Assembly: GCA_963718045.1 (NCBI GenBank)
Contig: OY970350.1
Location: forward strand, 90,001 to 122,000
DNA from: Candidatus Saccharimonadota bacterium
GTDB lineage: Bacteria > Patescibacteriota > Saccharimonadia > Saccharimonadales > UBA4665
Direction: 5' to 3'
Length of the DNA stretch: 32,000 nucleotides
Shown one piece after another: positions 15,224 to 22,848 of the stretch. Within the stretch, counting starts at the first letter, position 1. Each line of letters opens with the position of its first letter. The notes under the pieces were generated by a model. That model did not search any database. It had not been told where the DNA came from and worked only from the letters and a program-made list of their open reading frames with translations. The translations under genes were made by a program, and so were the position numbers.

Positions 15224-17068
15224 ATGTCTGAAAACGAAGACAAACTATATGCCATGAGACATTCTGCCGCCCATGTCCTAGCGTCCGCAGTAAAGCACCT
15301 TTATCCGGAAGTTAAGCTTGGAATTGGTCCGGTTATAGAAAACGGCTTTTACTACGATTTTGATTTTGGTGATAAGGTGTTATCTGAGGATGATCTTGAA
15401 AAAATTGAAAAAGAGATGGCCAGTATTATTACTGCCGATGAAGTTTTTACTCAATCTACCAAACCAGTTGGAGAAGCTATAACCTGGGCCAAAGATAATA
15501 ACCAACCGTATAAGCTGGAACTATTAAATGATCTGAAGACCAAGGGGACTACAGATATTAAAGATGTTAGCGAAATAGATCTAGGTGCCGAGGGTGACGC
15601 TGTTAAAGAAGTATCGTTTTACACTAATGGTGACTTTATGGATCTTTGCAAGGGACCACATATTGAATCAACTGGGAAAATCGGGCCTTTTAAACTGACT
15701 AAGTTAAGTGGTGCTTACTGGCGGGGAAATGAAAAGAATCCGCAGCTGCAAAGAATATATGGTGTAGCTTTTGATAACCAGAAGGAGCTTGATGAGTACC
15801 TTCAAACCGTTAAGGATGCTAAAGCCAGGGATCACCGTAAATTAGGACAAGAATTAGATCTCTTTGTCTTTTCTGACTTAGTGGGAGCTGGCTTACCGCT
15901 TTATACCCCGAGAGGAACTGTTCTGATTGAGGAACTCAAAAGAGCACTTAAAGACATTAGTCAGCGTTACGATATGCAGCAGGTATCAATACCTCATTTA
16001 GCCAGAAAAGAGCTATATGATATCTCAGGTCATAATCAGAAGTTTGAAGATGAGCTATTTGTGGTACAGAGTCATTACAAGCAGGAGTTTATTCTAAAGC
16101 CGGTTAGTTGTCCTCACCATACGCAGATTTATGCCTCTCGTAAACGCAGTTACCGCGACCTGCCTATTAGATATGTTGAACAAACCATGCAGTACAGAGA
16201 TGAAAAACCTGGCCAGATTGGTGGTCTGCAGCGGACTCGTGGATTTACCGTTGACGATGGCCATACTTTCTGTCGAGTAGAACAGATAGAAGATGAAGCC
16301 TCAGTCCTTATTCAAATCGTCCGTGAATTTTATGAGCACCTGGGCTTATGGGGTAATCACTGGGTATCTTTATCTCTAAGGGATGAAAAGGATCCAGAAA
16401 AATACATTGGTGAACCAGCCGACTGGGATAAAGCTGAATCAATGCTCACCGAAGTAGCTGAAAAGCATAATTTAGACGCCAAACCGATGAAGGGTGAAGC
16501 AGCGCTATATGGTCCAAAGATAGACTTCATGTTCAAAGATTCATTAGGCAGGGAAACCCAGCTAGCTACCATTCAATTCGATTTCGCCATGCCAAAGCGT
16601 TTCGGGCTAACATATACCGAACAAGATGGCAGCGAGCAAACACCGATGATGATTCATAGGGCTATCTTAGGTTCATTCGAACGTTTTATTATGCTGCTGA
16701 TTGAACATTTTGCAGGCAAATTCCCAGTGTGGCTGGCACCAGAACAAATACGTCTAGTGACTCTCAACCAGACAGAGGAAATTGTTAACTATGCTACTAA
16801 GCTATTAGAGCAAGCCAAAGAGGCAGGCTTAAGAGTGACTCTAGATAACGATAATCAATCAGTAGGAAAACGAATAAAAGAGGCCGAAGTAATGAAAATA
16901 CCTTACGTTATTGTTGTTGGCCCTCATGAAGTCGAATCTGGCCAAGTTACCCCAAGAATAAGGCAGGATTTAACAGACAATACGCAGGCACCGACATTAG
17001 CCTACGGAGATTTTCTATCTAAGGTTAGCCAAGATTACCGAGAAAGAACCCTTAAATCCAGTCTATAA
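15224..17068 (+). CDS. thrS: Threonyl-tRNA synthetase (no N-terminal TGS domain)
   Basis: 614 aa. It begins directly at the editing-domain HxxxH motif (RHSAAHVLASAVKHLYPEVKLGIGPVIENGFYYDF). Class II core motifs: KPVSCPHHTQIY, RTRGFTVDDGHTF, and MIHRAILGSFERF. The anticodon-binding domain is present. Confidence 0.95.
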   Translation: MSENEDKLYAMRHSAAHVLASAVKHLYPEVKLGIGPVIENGFYYDFDFGDKVLSEDDLEKIEKEMASIITADEVFTQSTKPVGEAITWAKDNNQPYKLELLNDLKTKGTTDIKDVSEIDLGAEGDAVKEVSFYTNGDFMDLCKGPHIESTGKIGPFKLTKLSGAYWRGNEKNPQLQRIYGVAFDNQKELDEYLQTVKDAKARDHRKLGQELDLFVFSDLVGAGLPLYTPRGTVLIEELKRALKDISQRYDMQQVSIPHLARKELYDISGHNQKFEDELFVVQSHYKQEFILKPVSCPHHTQIYASRKRSYRDLPIRYVEQTMQYRDEKPGQIGGLQRTRGFTVDDGHTFCRVEQIEDEASVLIQIVREFYEHLGLWGNHWVSLSLRDEKDPEKYIGEPADWDKAESMLTEVAEKHNLDAKPMKGEAALYGPKIDFMFKDSLGRETQLATIQFDFAMPKRFGLTYTEQDGSEQTPMMIHRAILGSFERFIMLLIEHFAGKFPVWLAPEQIRLVTLNQTEEIVNYATKLLEQAKEAGLRVTLDNDNQSVGKRIKEAEVMKIPYVIVVGPHEVESGQVTPRIRQDLTDNTQAPTLAYGDFLSKVSQDYRERTLKSSL

Positions 17069-17073
17069 AGACC

Positions 17074-17379
17074 ATGGACAATTTTAAACAGCGTGTCGAA
17101 CTACTAGTCTCAACTATTCCTAAAGGTAAGGTTATGACTTACGGCCAGATAGCTGCTATTTGCGGTCAACCTAGAGCGGCTAGAATTGTTGGCGGCATCG
17201 CTCACTTCGGTAATCCTGCACTCCCCTGGCATAGGGTAGTCAATAAAAATGGCGGCTTGGCCTCTGGATACCCTGGAGGAAGACAGGCACAAAAGATTCA
17301 CCTTGAAGGGGAGGGTATAGCCGTCTCAGAAGAATATTACGTAGACCTAAAGAGGTACTTATATGAGCCCAAAATCTAA
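17074..17379 (+). CDS. Alkyltransferase-like (ATL) protein, an MGMT-fold DNA-binding domain lacking the acceptor Cys
   Basis: 101 aa. The region GKVMTYGQIAAICGQPRAARIVGGIA...LPWHRVVNKNG is present. PWHRV replaces the PCHRV active site, as in known ATL proteins. Confidence 0.8.
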   Translation: MDNFKQRVELLVSTIPKGKVMTYGQIAAICGQPRAARIVGGIAHFGNPALPWHRVVNKNGGLASGYPGGRQAQKIHLEGEGIAVSEEYYVDLKRYLYEPKI

Positions 17380-18256
17380 CATATCGCCCCCTCTAGTCGT
17401 AATTGTTGGTGAAACAGCCAGCGGTAAATCTAAACTAGCGGTCGATCTATGCCAAAGAATTAAAGGTGAAATCATCTGTGCCGACTCCTGGACGGTAAGA
17501 AAGGGATTAGATATCGGAACAGATAAGCCAAGCACTAAGGAAAAAGAGTTAATACCTCACCACTTATTAGATATAATCGACCCTTGTGATGACTTTACGG
17601 CCGCTGTATATAAAAAGTTAGCCAATCAGGCTATTGATGAAATATCTGGCCGGGGGAGGATAGCCGTAATGGTTGGTGGAAGCGGCTTATATATAGATAG
17701 TGTTATCTATAACTTCGGATTCTTGAGTCCAGGCGATCCTAATATGCGACAAGAACTAAATAAGTTATCCATTCATGAGTTACTGGATAAAACTTATGAG
17801 CTTAAAATACCTATGCATGAGGATATAGACAGATCCAACAAACGAAGGTTAATACGGTTAATAGAATCTGGCGGAGTATCACCCCAAAAGGGAAATCTGA
17901 GGGACAATACTTTAGTAATAGGGGTAAAAGTAGACCCCGACGAATTAAAAACTTCAATTGAGAAGAGAGTTAATATAATGATCGAAAAAGGTCTAGAGAA
18001 CGAAGTAAGAACGCTTAGCGAACAATATGGCTGGGACTGTGAAGCACTTAAAGGTGTTGGCTACAAACAATGGCAAAGATACTTTGAAGGCAGCCAGACA
18101 CTTGAAGAAACGTGCCAACAGATAATTTCAGCAACCAATAATTTAGCCAAAAAACAGCGTACCTGGTTCAAGCGGAATAAAAGTATTCACTGGTATAAAC
18201 AACCGATTAGAATGGATGAAATCGTAGACCTGGTGACAACGGGATTAACTATCTAA
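17363..18256 (+). CDS. miaA: tRNA dimethylallyltransferase
   Basis: The P-loop reads VVIVGETASGKSKLAVDL. Also present are HHLLDIIDP, GGSGLYIDSV, and KKQRTWFKR. It overlaps the ATL gene by 17 nt. Confidence 0.9.
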   Translation: MSPKSNISPPLVVIVGETASGKSKLAVDLCQRIKGEIICADSWTVRKGLDIGTDKPSTKEKELIPHHLLDIIDPCDDFTAAVYKKLANQAIDEISGRGRIAVMVGGSGLYIDSVIYNFGFLSPGDPNMRQELNKLSIHELLDKTYELKIPMHEDIDRSNKRRLIRLIESGGVSPQKGNLRDNTLVIGVKVDPDELKTSIEKRVNIMIEKGLENEVRTLSEQYGWDCEALKGVGYKQWQRYFEGSQTLEETCQQIISATNNLAKKQRTWFKRNKSIHWYKQPIRMDEIVDLVTTGLTI

Positions 18257-18287
18257 CATTTAAAATTGTTATAAAACTTGATACTAT

Positions 18288-18920
18288 ATGGAAATGATTG
18301 AGCAACTCTTTGGGTCAAAAACTAGGGTCAAGCTATTGCAGCTTTTTTATAGCAATCCTAATAGGGCATTTTATGTTAGAGAGATTACCCGTAAAATTGA
18401 TGAACAAATAAACTCAGTTCGAAGGGAACTAAGCAACCTGCTTAATATCGGGATTATTGTTTCAGATAGTAATAACAACAAGCTCTACTATGAAGTAAAT
18501 CAGAAATTTAAATATTATGAACCCCTGCAGCAGATATTTAGCGGCGGTATAAGTAAAACTATTAAGAAAACACAAACTGCTTCAAGTGATGAAGGTGTCA
18601 CTGCAAGCGACTTAAACTCAATTGGGCATATTGATCTGGCCGTGTTTACTGGTCAATTTACCCGGGATGATTCGACTGGCGTAGACATATTAATAGTCGG
18701 GAACATTAACCCTAATGCCCTAGCAAAATATGTTAGTGATCTAGAAAAGAAAGAGAATAAGTCACTTCGCTACACAGTTATGAATCTGAGCGAGTTTAAA
18801 TATCGACAAGGTATTCGAGATAGGTTTGCTAGTAGAATCGAAAGGGCTAAGAAACAGGTACTTGTCGACGAACAGGGATTACTGAGCGGTGAAAAGCTAG
18901 GCTCAGAGGTTGAAGGATAA
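18288..18920 (+). CDS. Winged-helix (ArsR/MarR-like) DNA-binding protein with uncharacterised C-terminal domain
   Basis: LFGSKTRVKLLQLFYSNPNRAFYVREITRKIDEQINSVRRELSNLLNIGII is a typical wHTH. The C-terminal half is unassigned. Confidence 0.55.
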   Translation: MEMIEQLFGSKTRVKLLQLFYSNPNRAFYVREITRKIDEQINSVRRELSNLLNIGIIVSDSNNNKLYYEVNQKFKYYEPLQQIFSGGISKTIKKTQTASSDEGVTASDLNSIGHIDLAVFTGQFTRDDSTGVDILIVGNINPNALAKYVSDLEKKENKSLRYTVMNLSEFKYRQGIRDRFASRIERAKKQVLVDEQGLLSGEKLGSEVEG

Positions 18921-19540
18921 TGGATGTCCAGTTTTACGGTGCTAACTGTTTAGTGGTTAGTCACAAATCGACAAGAATCGTGATTGATGATAACCTGGTA
19001 ACTTTAGGTAAAAAGTCAGTAATTAAACCTGATGATGTCGCCTTGTACACTTTAGAACCCCTAAAGAGCAGTGCCCGCTTAACTTTCAATGGTCCTGGAG
19101 AATATGAAGTCGGCGATATATCTATTGTTGGCATTGCTGCTAAGCCATTCATGTATGATGATTCTGGGGAGACAGTGACCATGTATAAGCTTATAAGTTC
19201 AGATCTAGATATCTTGGTTAGCGGTCATATCTTAGGTGAACTTAGCGAAAGCCAGTTAGAGAAAATAGGGACTGTTGATGTACTTATTGTGCCTGTTGGC
19301 GACAACGGCTATACTCTAGACCCGCAAGGCGCTCTTAAGTTAATCAAAAACATTGAGCCAAAGATTGTTGTCCCAACTCACTATAAGCAAAGCGGCTTAA
19401 AGTATCCCGTTGAACAGATTGATTTAGAGACAGCTCTTAAAGAACTCGGCATGGAAACAAAAGAAAAGGTCAATAAGCTTAAAGTAAAGTCTACTGACCT
19501 TGGTGACGTCACTCAACTAATTGTTTTAGAAGTAGCTTAA
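18920..19540 (+). CDS. MBL-fold (beta-lactamase-like) protein, probably non-canonical
   Basis: The MDVQFYGANCLVVS...IVIDD start and the LIVPVGDNGYTLDPQGALKLIKNIEPKIVVPTHY tail resemble the UPF0173/UlaG-like MBL fold. No HxHxDH motif is seen. The ATG overlaps the upstream stop (TAATG). Confidence 0.5.
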   Translation: MDVQFYGANCLVVSHKSTRIVIDDNLVTLGKKSVIKPDDVALYTLEPLKSSARLTFNGPGEYEVGDISIVGIAAKPFMYDDSGETVTMYKLISSDLDILVSGHILGELSESQLEKIGTVDVLIVPVGDNGYTLDPQGALKLIKNIEPKIVVPTHYKQSGLKYPVEQIDLETALKELGMETKEKVNKLKVKSTDLGDVTQLIVLEVA

Positions 19541-19734
19541 GAATTAGTAATAACACCCTTTTTCTTGAGTGTTCTTAAAGCTTGGGTACTAACCTTTAAG
19601 GTAACTTTACGGTTATCTATAACAAGGGTCTTAGTCTGAAGATTAGGCTTCCAAATCTTTCGGGTATGCCTTTGGCTGTTACTGACATTGTTGCCGTATT
19701 GCTTACCTTTTCCTGTAATGTCGCACTTTTGCAT
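19537..19734 (-). CDS. rpmB: 50S ribosomal protein L28
   Basis: MQKCDITGKGKQYGNNVSNSQRHTRKIWKPNLQTKTL...KVSTQALRTLKKKG matches the L28 pattern. On the minus strand, a TTGACT...TATAAA promoter-like pair and an AGGA SD lie upstream. Confidence 0.9.
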   Translation of the reverse strand: MQKCDITGKGKQYGNNVSNSQRHTRKIWKPNLQTKTLVIDNRKVTLKVSTQALRTLKKKGVITNS

Positions 19735-19843
19735 ATGATTCCTGATGAATATTATCGAACGTAAGATGTTATTTTATAAAATCTTGGTAATTTAGTCAAC
19801 GTTATCTAGTAATTAGCCTAAGACATTAGGTATAATTTATGTA

Positions 19844-19989
19844 TCGGGGAGAGGTATAAAAGCCTAAATCCGAGAGTATGATTATCTGCAAACATACTCA
19901 TACGGGAGTTCAATATTTGTTAGAAACCGTGGTTTCTACGTGAGAACACCCACCTGGATTCGTTCAGGTGATCAGACTCGGGTCCCCGA
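19844..19989 (+). ncRNA. Unclassified structured RNA (multi-helix junction): candidate riboswitch/leader or small RNA
   Basis: TATAAT at 19831-19836 lies 7 nt upstream. Closing helix TCGGGGA (19844-19850) with TCCCCGA (19983-19989). Second tier CCGAG (19870-19874) with CTCGG (19978-19982). Hairpins at 19875-19898, 19921-19938 and 19951-19970, the last with a UUCG loop and a G-U pair that favours the + strand. Confidence 0.4.
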
Positions 19990-20045
19990 AACCTTGTTTT
20001 GTTATTTATAAATCTTCTTAAGGCTTGGCGTATTATACTATTTAG

Positions 20046-20666
20046 ATGTTGGGTAATCTATCTGCACAGACCATTGTATTTATAGTTATCATAATTCTGA
20101 TATCTATGACAGTGCATGAATTTATGCATGCTTACGTTGGATATAAGTTAGGTGATCCGACAGCTAGTGAAGAGGGTAGGCTAAGTCTTAATCCTTTAAG
20201 GCATATAGATCCTCTTATGACTGTTATTTTGCCGATTGTTACCTTAGTACTATTTGGATTCCCAATTCTGGCAGCGAAACCTGTTCCCTTTAACCCAGAT
20301 AGAGTTAGGTATGGGAATTACGGTGCGGCTATGCTTGCTGCTGCTGGTCCACTGTCTAATTTGGCCCTAGCAGTTTTAGGTGAGTTAATTTATCACCATT
20401 TAAGTTCCGGTACAGCTATATTTAACTTCTTTCAGTGGTTTATTCTCCTGAATGTAGTTATGTTTGTCTTTAACTTAATACCTATCCCACCCCTTGACGG
20501 TTCAAGAGTACTCTATGCCTTTGCCCCTGAACCGATTCAGGAATTTATGCGCTCCATTGAAAGATTTGGCTTTTTTATCATCATTGCCTTAATTCTAATT
20601 GGTGGTTTTGACGGCGTTTTGGTTAGAATATATAACGACGTCTTGTCCCTAATAGGCCGGGTATGA
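20046..20666 (+). CDS. Site-2 protease family (peptidase M50) membrane metalloprotease
   Basis: 206 aa and polytopic. It has the HEFMHA zinc motif within the first TM and the LNLIPIPPLDGSRV (NxxPxxxLDG) motif. Confidence 0.8.
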   Translation: MLGNLSAQTIVFIVIIILISMTVHEFMHAYVGYKLGDPTASEEGRLSLNPLRHIDPLMTVILPIVTLVLFGFPILAAKPVPFNPDRVRYGNYGAAMLAAAGPLSNLALAVLGELIYHHLSSGTAIFNFFQWFILLNVVMFVFNLIPIPPLDGSRVLYAFAPEPIQEFMRSIERFGFFIIIALILIGGFDGVLVRIYNDVLSLIGRV

Positions 20667-21046
20667 GAAGGTTTAAGCTTAACAAGCTCGTAAGGGATAA
20701 ATTACTTGCCGTTTATTATGACCTAGGTGAAAAACCGAAATACAGAATATTAAATCACGATGATCATATAACTGAGCTTACTAGAAAGGTTGCTGAAGAA
20801 GCTAACGAATTAGCATCTCTGCCAGGAAAAGAAGTTGCTGAAGAGGTAGCCGATATAGAGCAGGCACTAGCAGATTTAAAAGTCTTATCAGGGATAACAA
20901 AGGAAGTATCAAAGATAAAACAAACTAAGATAAGAGAGAAGGGTGGCTTCAAAAAAGGTGTATATATTGAAACTCTTGAGGTAAAAGAAACTGATCCTTG
21001 GTGTGATTACTACAAAAAAGACCCTAAACGATTTCCTGAGGTATAG
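20663..21046 (+). CDS. MazG-like / PRA-PH-like nucleoside triphosphate pyrophosphohydrolase
   Basis: 127 aa. It has the KLVRDKL start and the acidic helices EEANELA...EEVADIEQALADL typical of all-alpha NTP pyrophosphatases. It is translationally coupled to the upstream gene (ATGA overlap). Confidence 0.6.
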   Translation: MRRFKLNKLVRDKLLAVYYDLGEKPKYRILNHDDHITELTRKVAEEANELASLPGKEVAEEVADIEQALADLKVLSGITKEVSKIKQTKIREKGGFKKGVYIETLEVKETDPWCDYYKKDPKRFPEV

Positions 21047-21056
21047 AGTCTTATGA

Positions 21057-21133
<77 letters not shown>

Positions 21134-21192
21134 ATCTAATGAATTTTAACTGAATGAAGGTACATAAAGCCAGAGCATGGTAAGATTTATGC

Positions 21193-21876
21193 ATGTGGCA
21201 AGAAACAAAACATGGATTATACAAGCAATTCGTTTTTAAAGATTTTAATGATGCCTTTGAATTCATGAAACAGGTAGCTTCGATTGCTGAAAGGCTAAAT
21301 CATCACCCCAGATGGGAAAACCAATGGAATGTCGTTCAAATATGGCTCAGCACTGGTGAAGACAAACAGAAAATTACAGATCAGGATAAGGAAATGGCCG
21401 AGGAGATAGATAAGATAGCCGAAGTAAAAGTTGAACCGATCGGGGATAAAAAGTCCACTCAGCATCTGAAGGTTTATACTGACGGCGGATCAAGAGGTAA
21501 CCCGGGCCCTTCAGCTAGCGGCTATGTGATTATGGACGAAAATAAACGTATTATTGCCGACGAAGGTTTGTATCTTGGTATTACTACCAATAATCAAGCT
21601 GAATATACAGCTCTCAAATTAGCTCTAGAGCACTGTCTAAAGCTAGGTGCTAAAGAAGTAGAAGTCTTTATGGACAGCTTACTAGTTGTGAATCAAATGC
21701 AGGGTATCTTCAAGGTTAAAAACAGGGACCTGTGGCCGATACATGATGCTATTAAGACTTTAACAGCCAAGTTTAATATAGTTTCCTTCCAACACGTCCC
21801 AAGAGAAATGAATAAATTAGCTGATGCAGCTGTCAATAGAGCGCTTGATGAAGAGCTATCTAGCAGTAGCAATTAG
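21193..21876 (+). CDS. rnhA: Fusion protein: pterin-4a-carbinolamine dehydratase (DCoH)-like N-domain + RNase HI
   Basis: The N-terminal part FKDFNDAFEFMKQVASIAERLNHHPRWENQWNVVQIWLST is the PCD/DCoH signature, with HHP at nt 21301-21309. The C-terminal part carries the RNase H DEDD residues in VYTDGGS, NNQAEYTAL, VFMDSLLVV and NKLADAAVN. Confidence 0.8.
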   Translation: MWQETKHGLYKQFVFKDFNDAFEFMKQVASIAERLNHHPRWENQWNVVQIWLSTGEDKQKITDQDKEMAEEIDKIAEVKVEPIGDKKSTQHLKVYTDGGSRGNPGPSASGYVIMDENKRIIADEGLYLGITTNNQAEYTALKLALEHCLKLGAKEVEVFMDSLLVVNQMQGIFKVKNRDLWPIHDAIKTLTAKFNIVSFQHVPREMNKLADAAVNRALDEELSSSSN

Positions 21877-21885
21877 TGATATAAT
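21877..21885 (+). promoter_or_regulatory. Extended -10 promoter of rnpB
   Basis: TGaTATAAT begins directly after the rnhA-fusion stop. The predicted +1 at about 21892 coincides with the first base of RNase P helix P1. Confidence 0.5.
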
Positions 21886-21891
21886 ATAGCC

Positions 21892-22265
21892 AGGGTAGAT
21901 TATCAGCTAGTCGCGTGATAATTGATCTTTATTACGAGGAAAGTCCGGGCAGCTCAGGGAATGGTAGTCGCTAACGGCGACCAGACGTAAGTCCAGGGAA
22001 AGTGCCACAGAAACAATACCGCCACCTATAAGGTGGTAAGGGTGAAAAGAGTGATTTAAGAGATCACAGCTCTATACGGTGACGTATGGAGGGGGTAAAC
22101 CCTACCTGCTGCAAGGAGATGGATTTTTTGAGCCCAAAGCTCAAAAGTGTCCCGCTTAATGATCCACCGATAACCGCTTGAGCCTACAAGCAATTGTATG
22201 GCCTAGATAGATGGCTAGCTCTCACGTAAGTGAGAACAAAACCCGGCTTACAGTTAATCTACCCT
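21892..22265 (+). ncRNA. rnpB: RNase P RNA (bacterial type)
   Basis: Universal motifs are present: GAGGAAAGTCCGGGC, ACAGAAA, GGGTGAAA, GGTAAACCC and ACAAAACCCGGCTTA. P1 pairs AGGGTAGATTA (21892-21902) with TAATCTACCCT (22255-22265). Confidence 0.95.
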
Positions 22266-22295
22266 ACTAGCTTGAAGAAGGCTAGTTTTTATCTT
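22266..22295 (+). terminator. rnpB terminator candidate overlapping the rplT stop codon
   Basis: Stem ACTAGC (22266-22271) with GCTAGT (22281-22286) and a 9-nt loop, followed by TTTTTATCTTTT. Confidence 0.45.
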
Positions 22296-22632
22296 TTGAA
22301 ACTTTTACTAATTCACTAAACGCTTTTGGTTCACTGACAGCAAGTTCAGCTAAAACTTTTCGGTCCAGTTCAATGTCGGAATTCTTAAGAGCAGCAATAA
22401 ACCGGCTGTAAGTAGTACCGTTTTGTCTGGCTGCAGCGTTAATCCGAGCATTCCAAAGCTCTCGCATTGTACGTTTGCGGTTTTTTCTATCACGTGTTGA
22501 GAATTGCAAGGACCTATTTAAGACTTGCTTACCTCTCTTAACACTAACTCTATTAGGGTGGCTAAAGCCTTTGGTGGCTTTCCTGATCTTAGTATGTTTC
22601 TTGTGGCTGGTAACGCCTCTTTTAACTCTCAT
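22282..22632 (-). CDS. rplT: 50S ribosomal protein L20
   Basis: MRVKRGVTSHKKHTKIRKATKGF...RDRKNRKRTMRELWNARINAAAR is the canonical L20 sequence pattern. Confidence 0.95.
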   Translation of the reverse strand: MRVKRGVTSHKKHTKIRKATKGFSHPNRVSVKRGKQVLNRSLQFSTRDRKNRKRTMRELWNARINAAARQNGTTYSRFIAALKNSDIELDRKVLAELAVSEPKAFSELVKVSKDKN

Positions 22633-22653
22633 GATAACTCCTTCAAAGTAAGA

Positions 22654-22848
22654 TTATTTACCGAGTTTTTTCTTGGTAGTTTTAGCAAATATCCCACCTC
22701 GGGTTTTAAGTCCCTTAAGACTTCTTTTTCTTGAACCGGATTTTTTGCCCAAAAAGTGGTTCATGTTTGGATGGCCGGCTCGGACTTTACCGTTTTTGGT
22801 AATCTTAATCCGGTCCTTTGTGCCACTATGGGTTTTTAGCTTTGGCAT
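22654..22848 (-). CDS. rpmI: 50S ribosomal protein L35
   Basis: MPKLKTHSGTKDRIKITKNGKVRAGHPNMNHFLGKKS is the canonical L35 pattern. It overlaps the infC 3' end by 23 nt. Confidence 0.95.
   Translation of the reverse strand: MPKLKTHSGTKDRIKITKNGKVRAGHPNMNHFLGKKSGSRKRSLKGLKTRGGIFAKTTKKKLGK

Noticed and set aside
19742-19762. CUGAUGA...GAA string suggestive of a hammerhead ribozyme core
   Set aside because: The sequence between CUGAUGA and GAA cannot form a stem II, and no stems I or III are evident. It lies in the rpmB promoter/5' UTR region on the other strand.
19852-19908. Calling the 19844-19989 RNA a ykkC/guanidine-family riboswitch
   Set aside because: The shared short strings (AUAAAAGCC, CCGAGAG, ACGGGAG) occur in a different order from the ykkC consensus as I recall it. 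CUAGGGUUCCG is absent. The RNA is kept as unclassified pending a covariance-model search.
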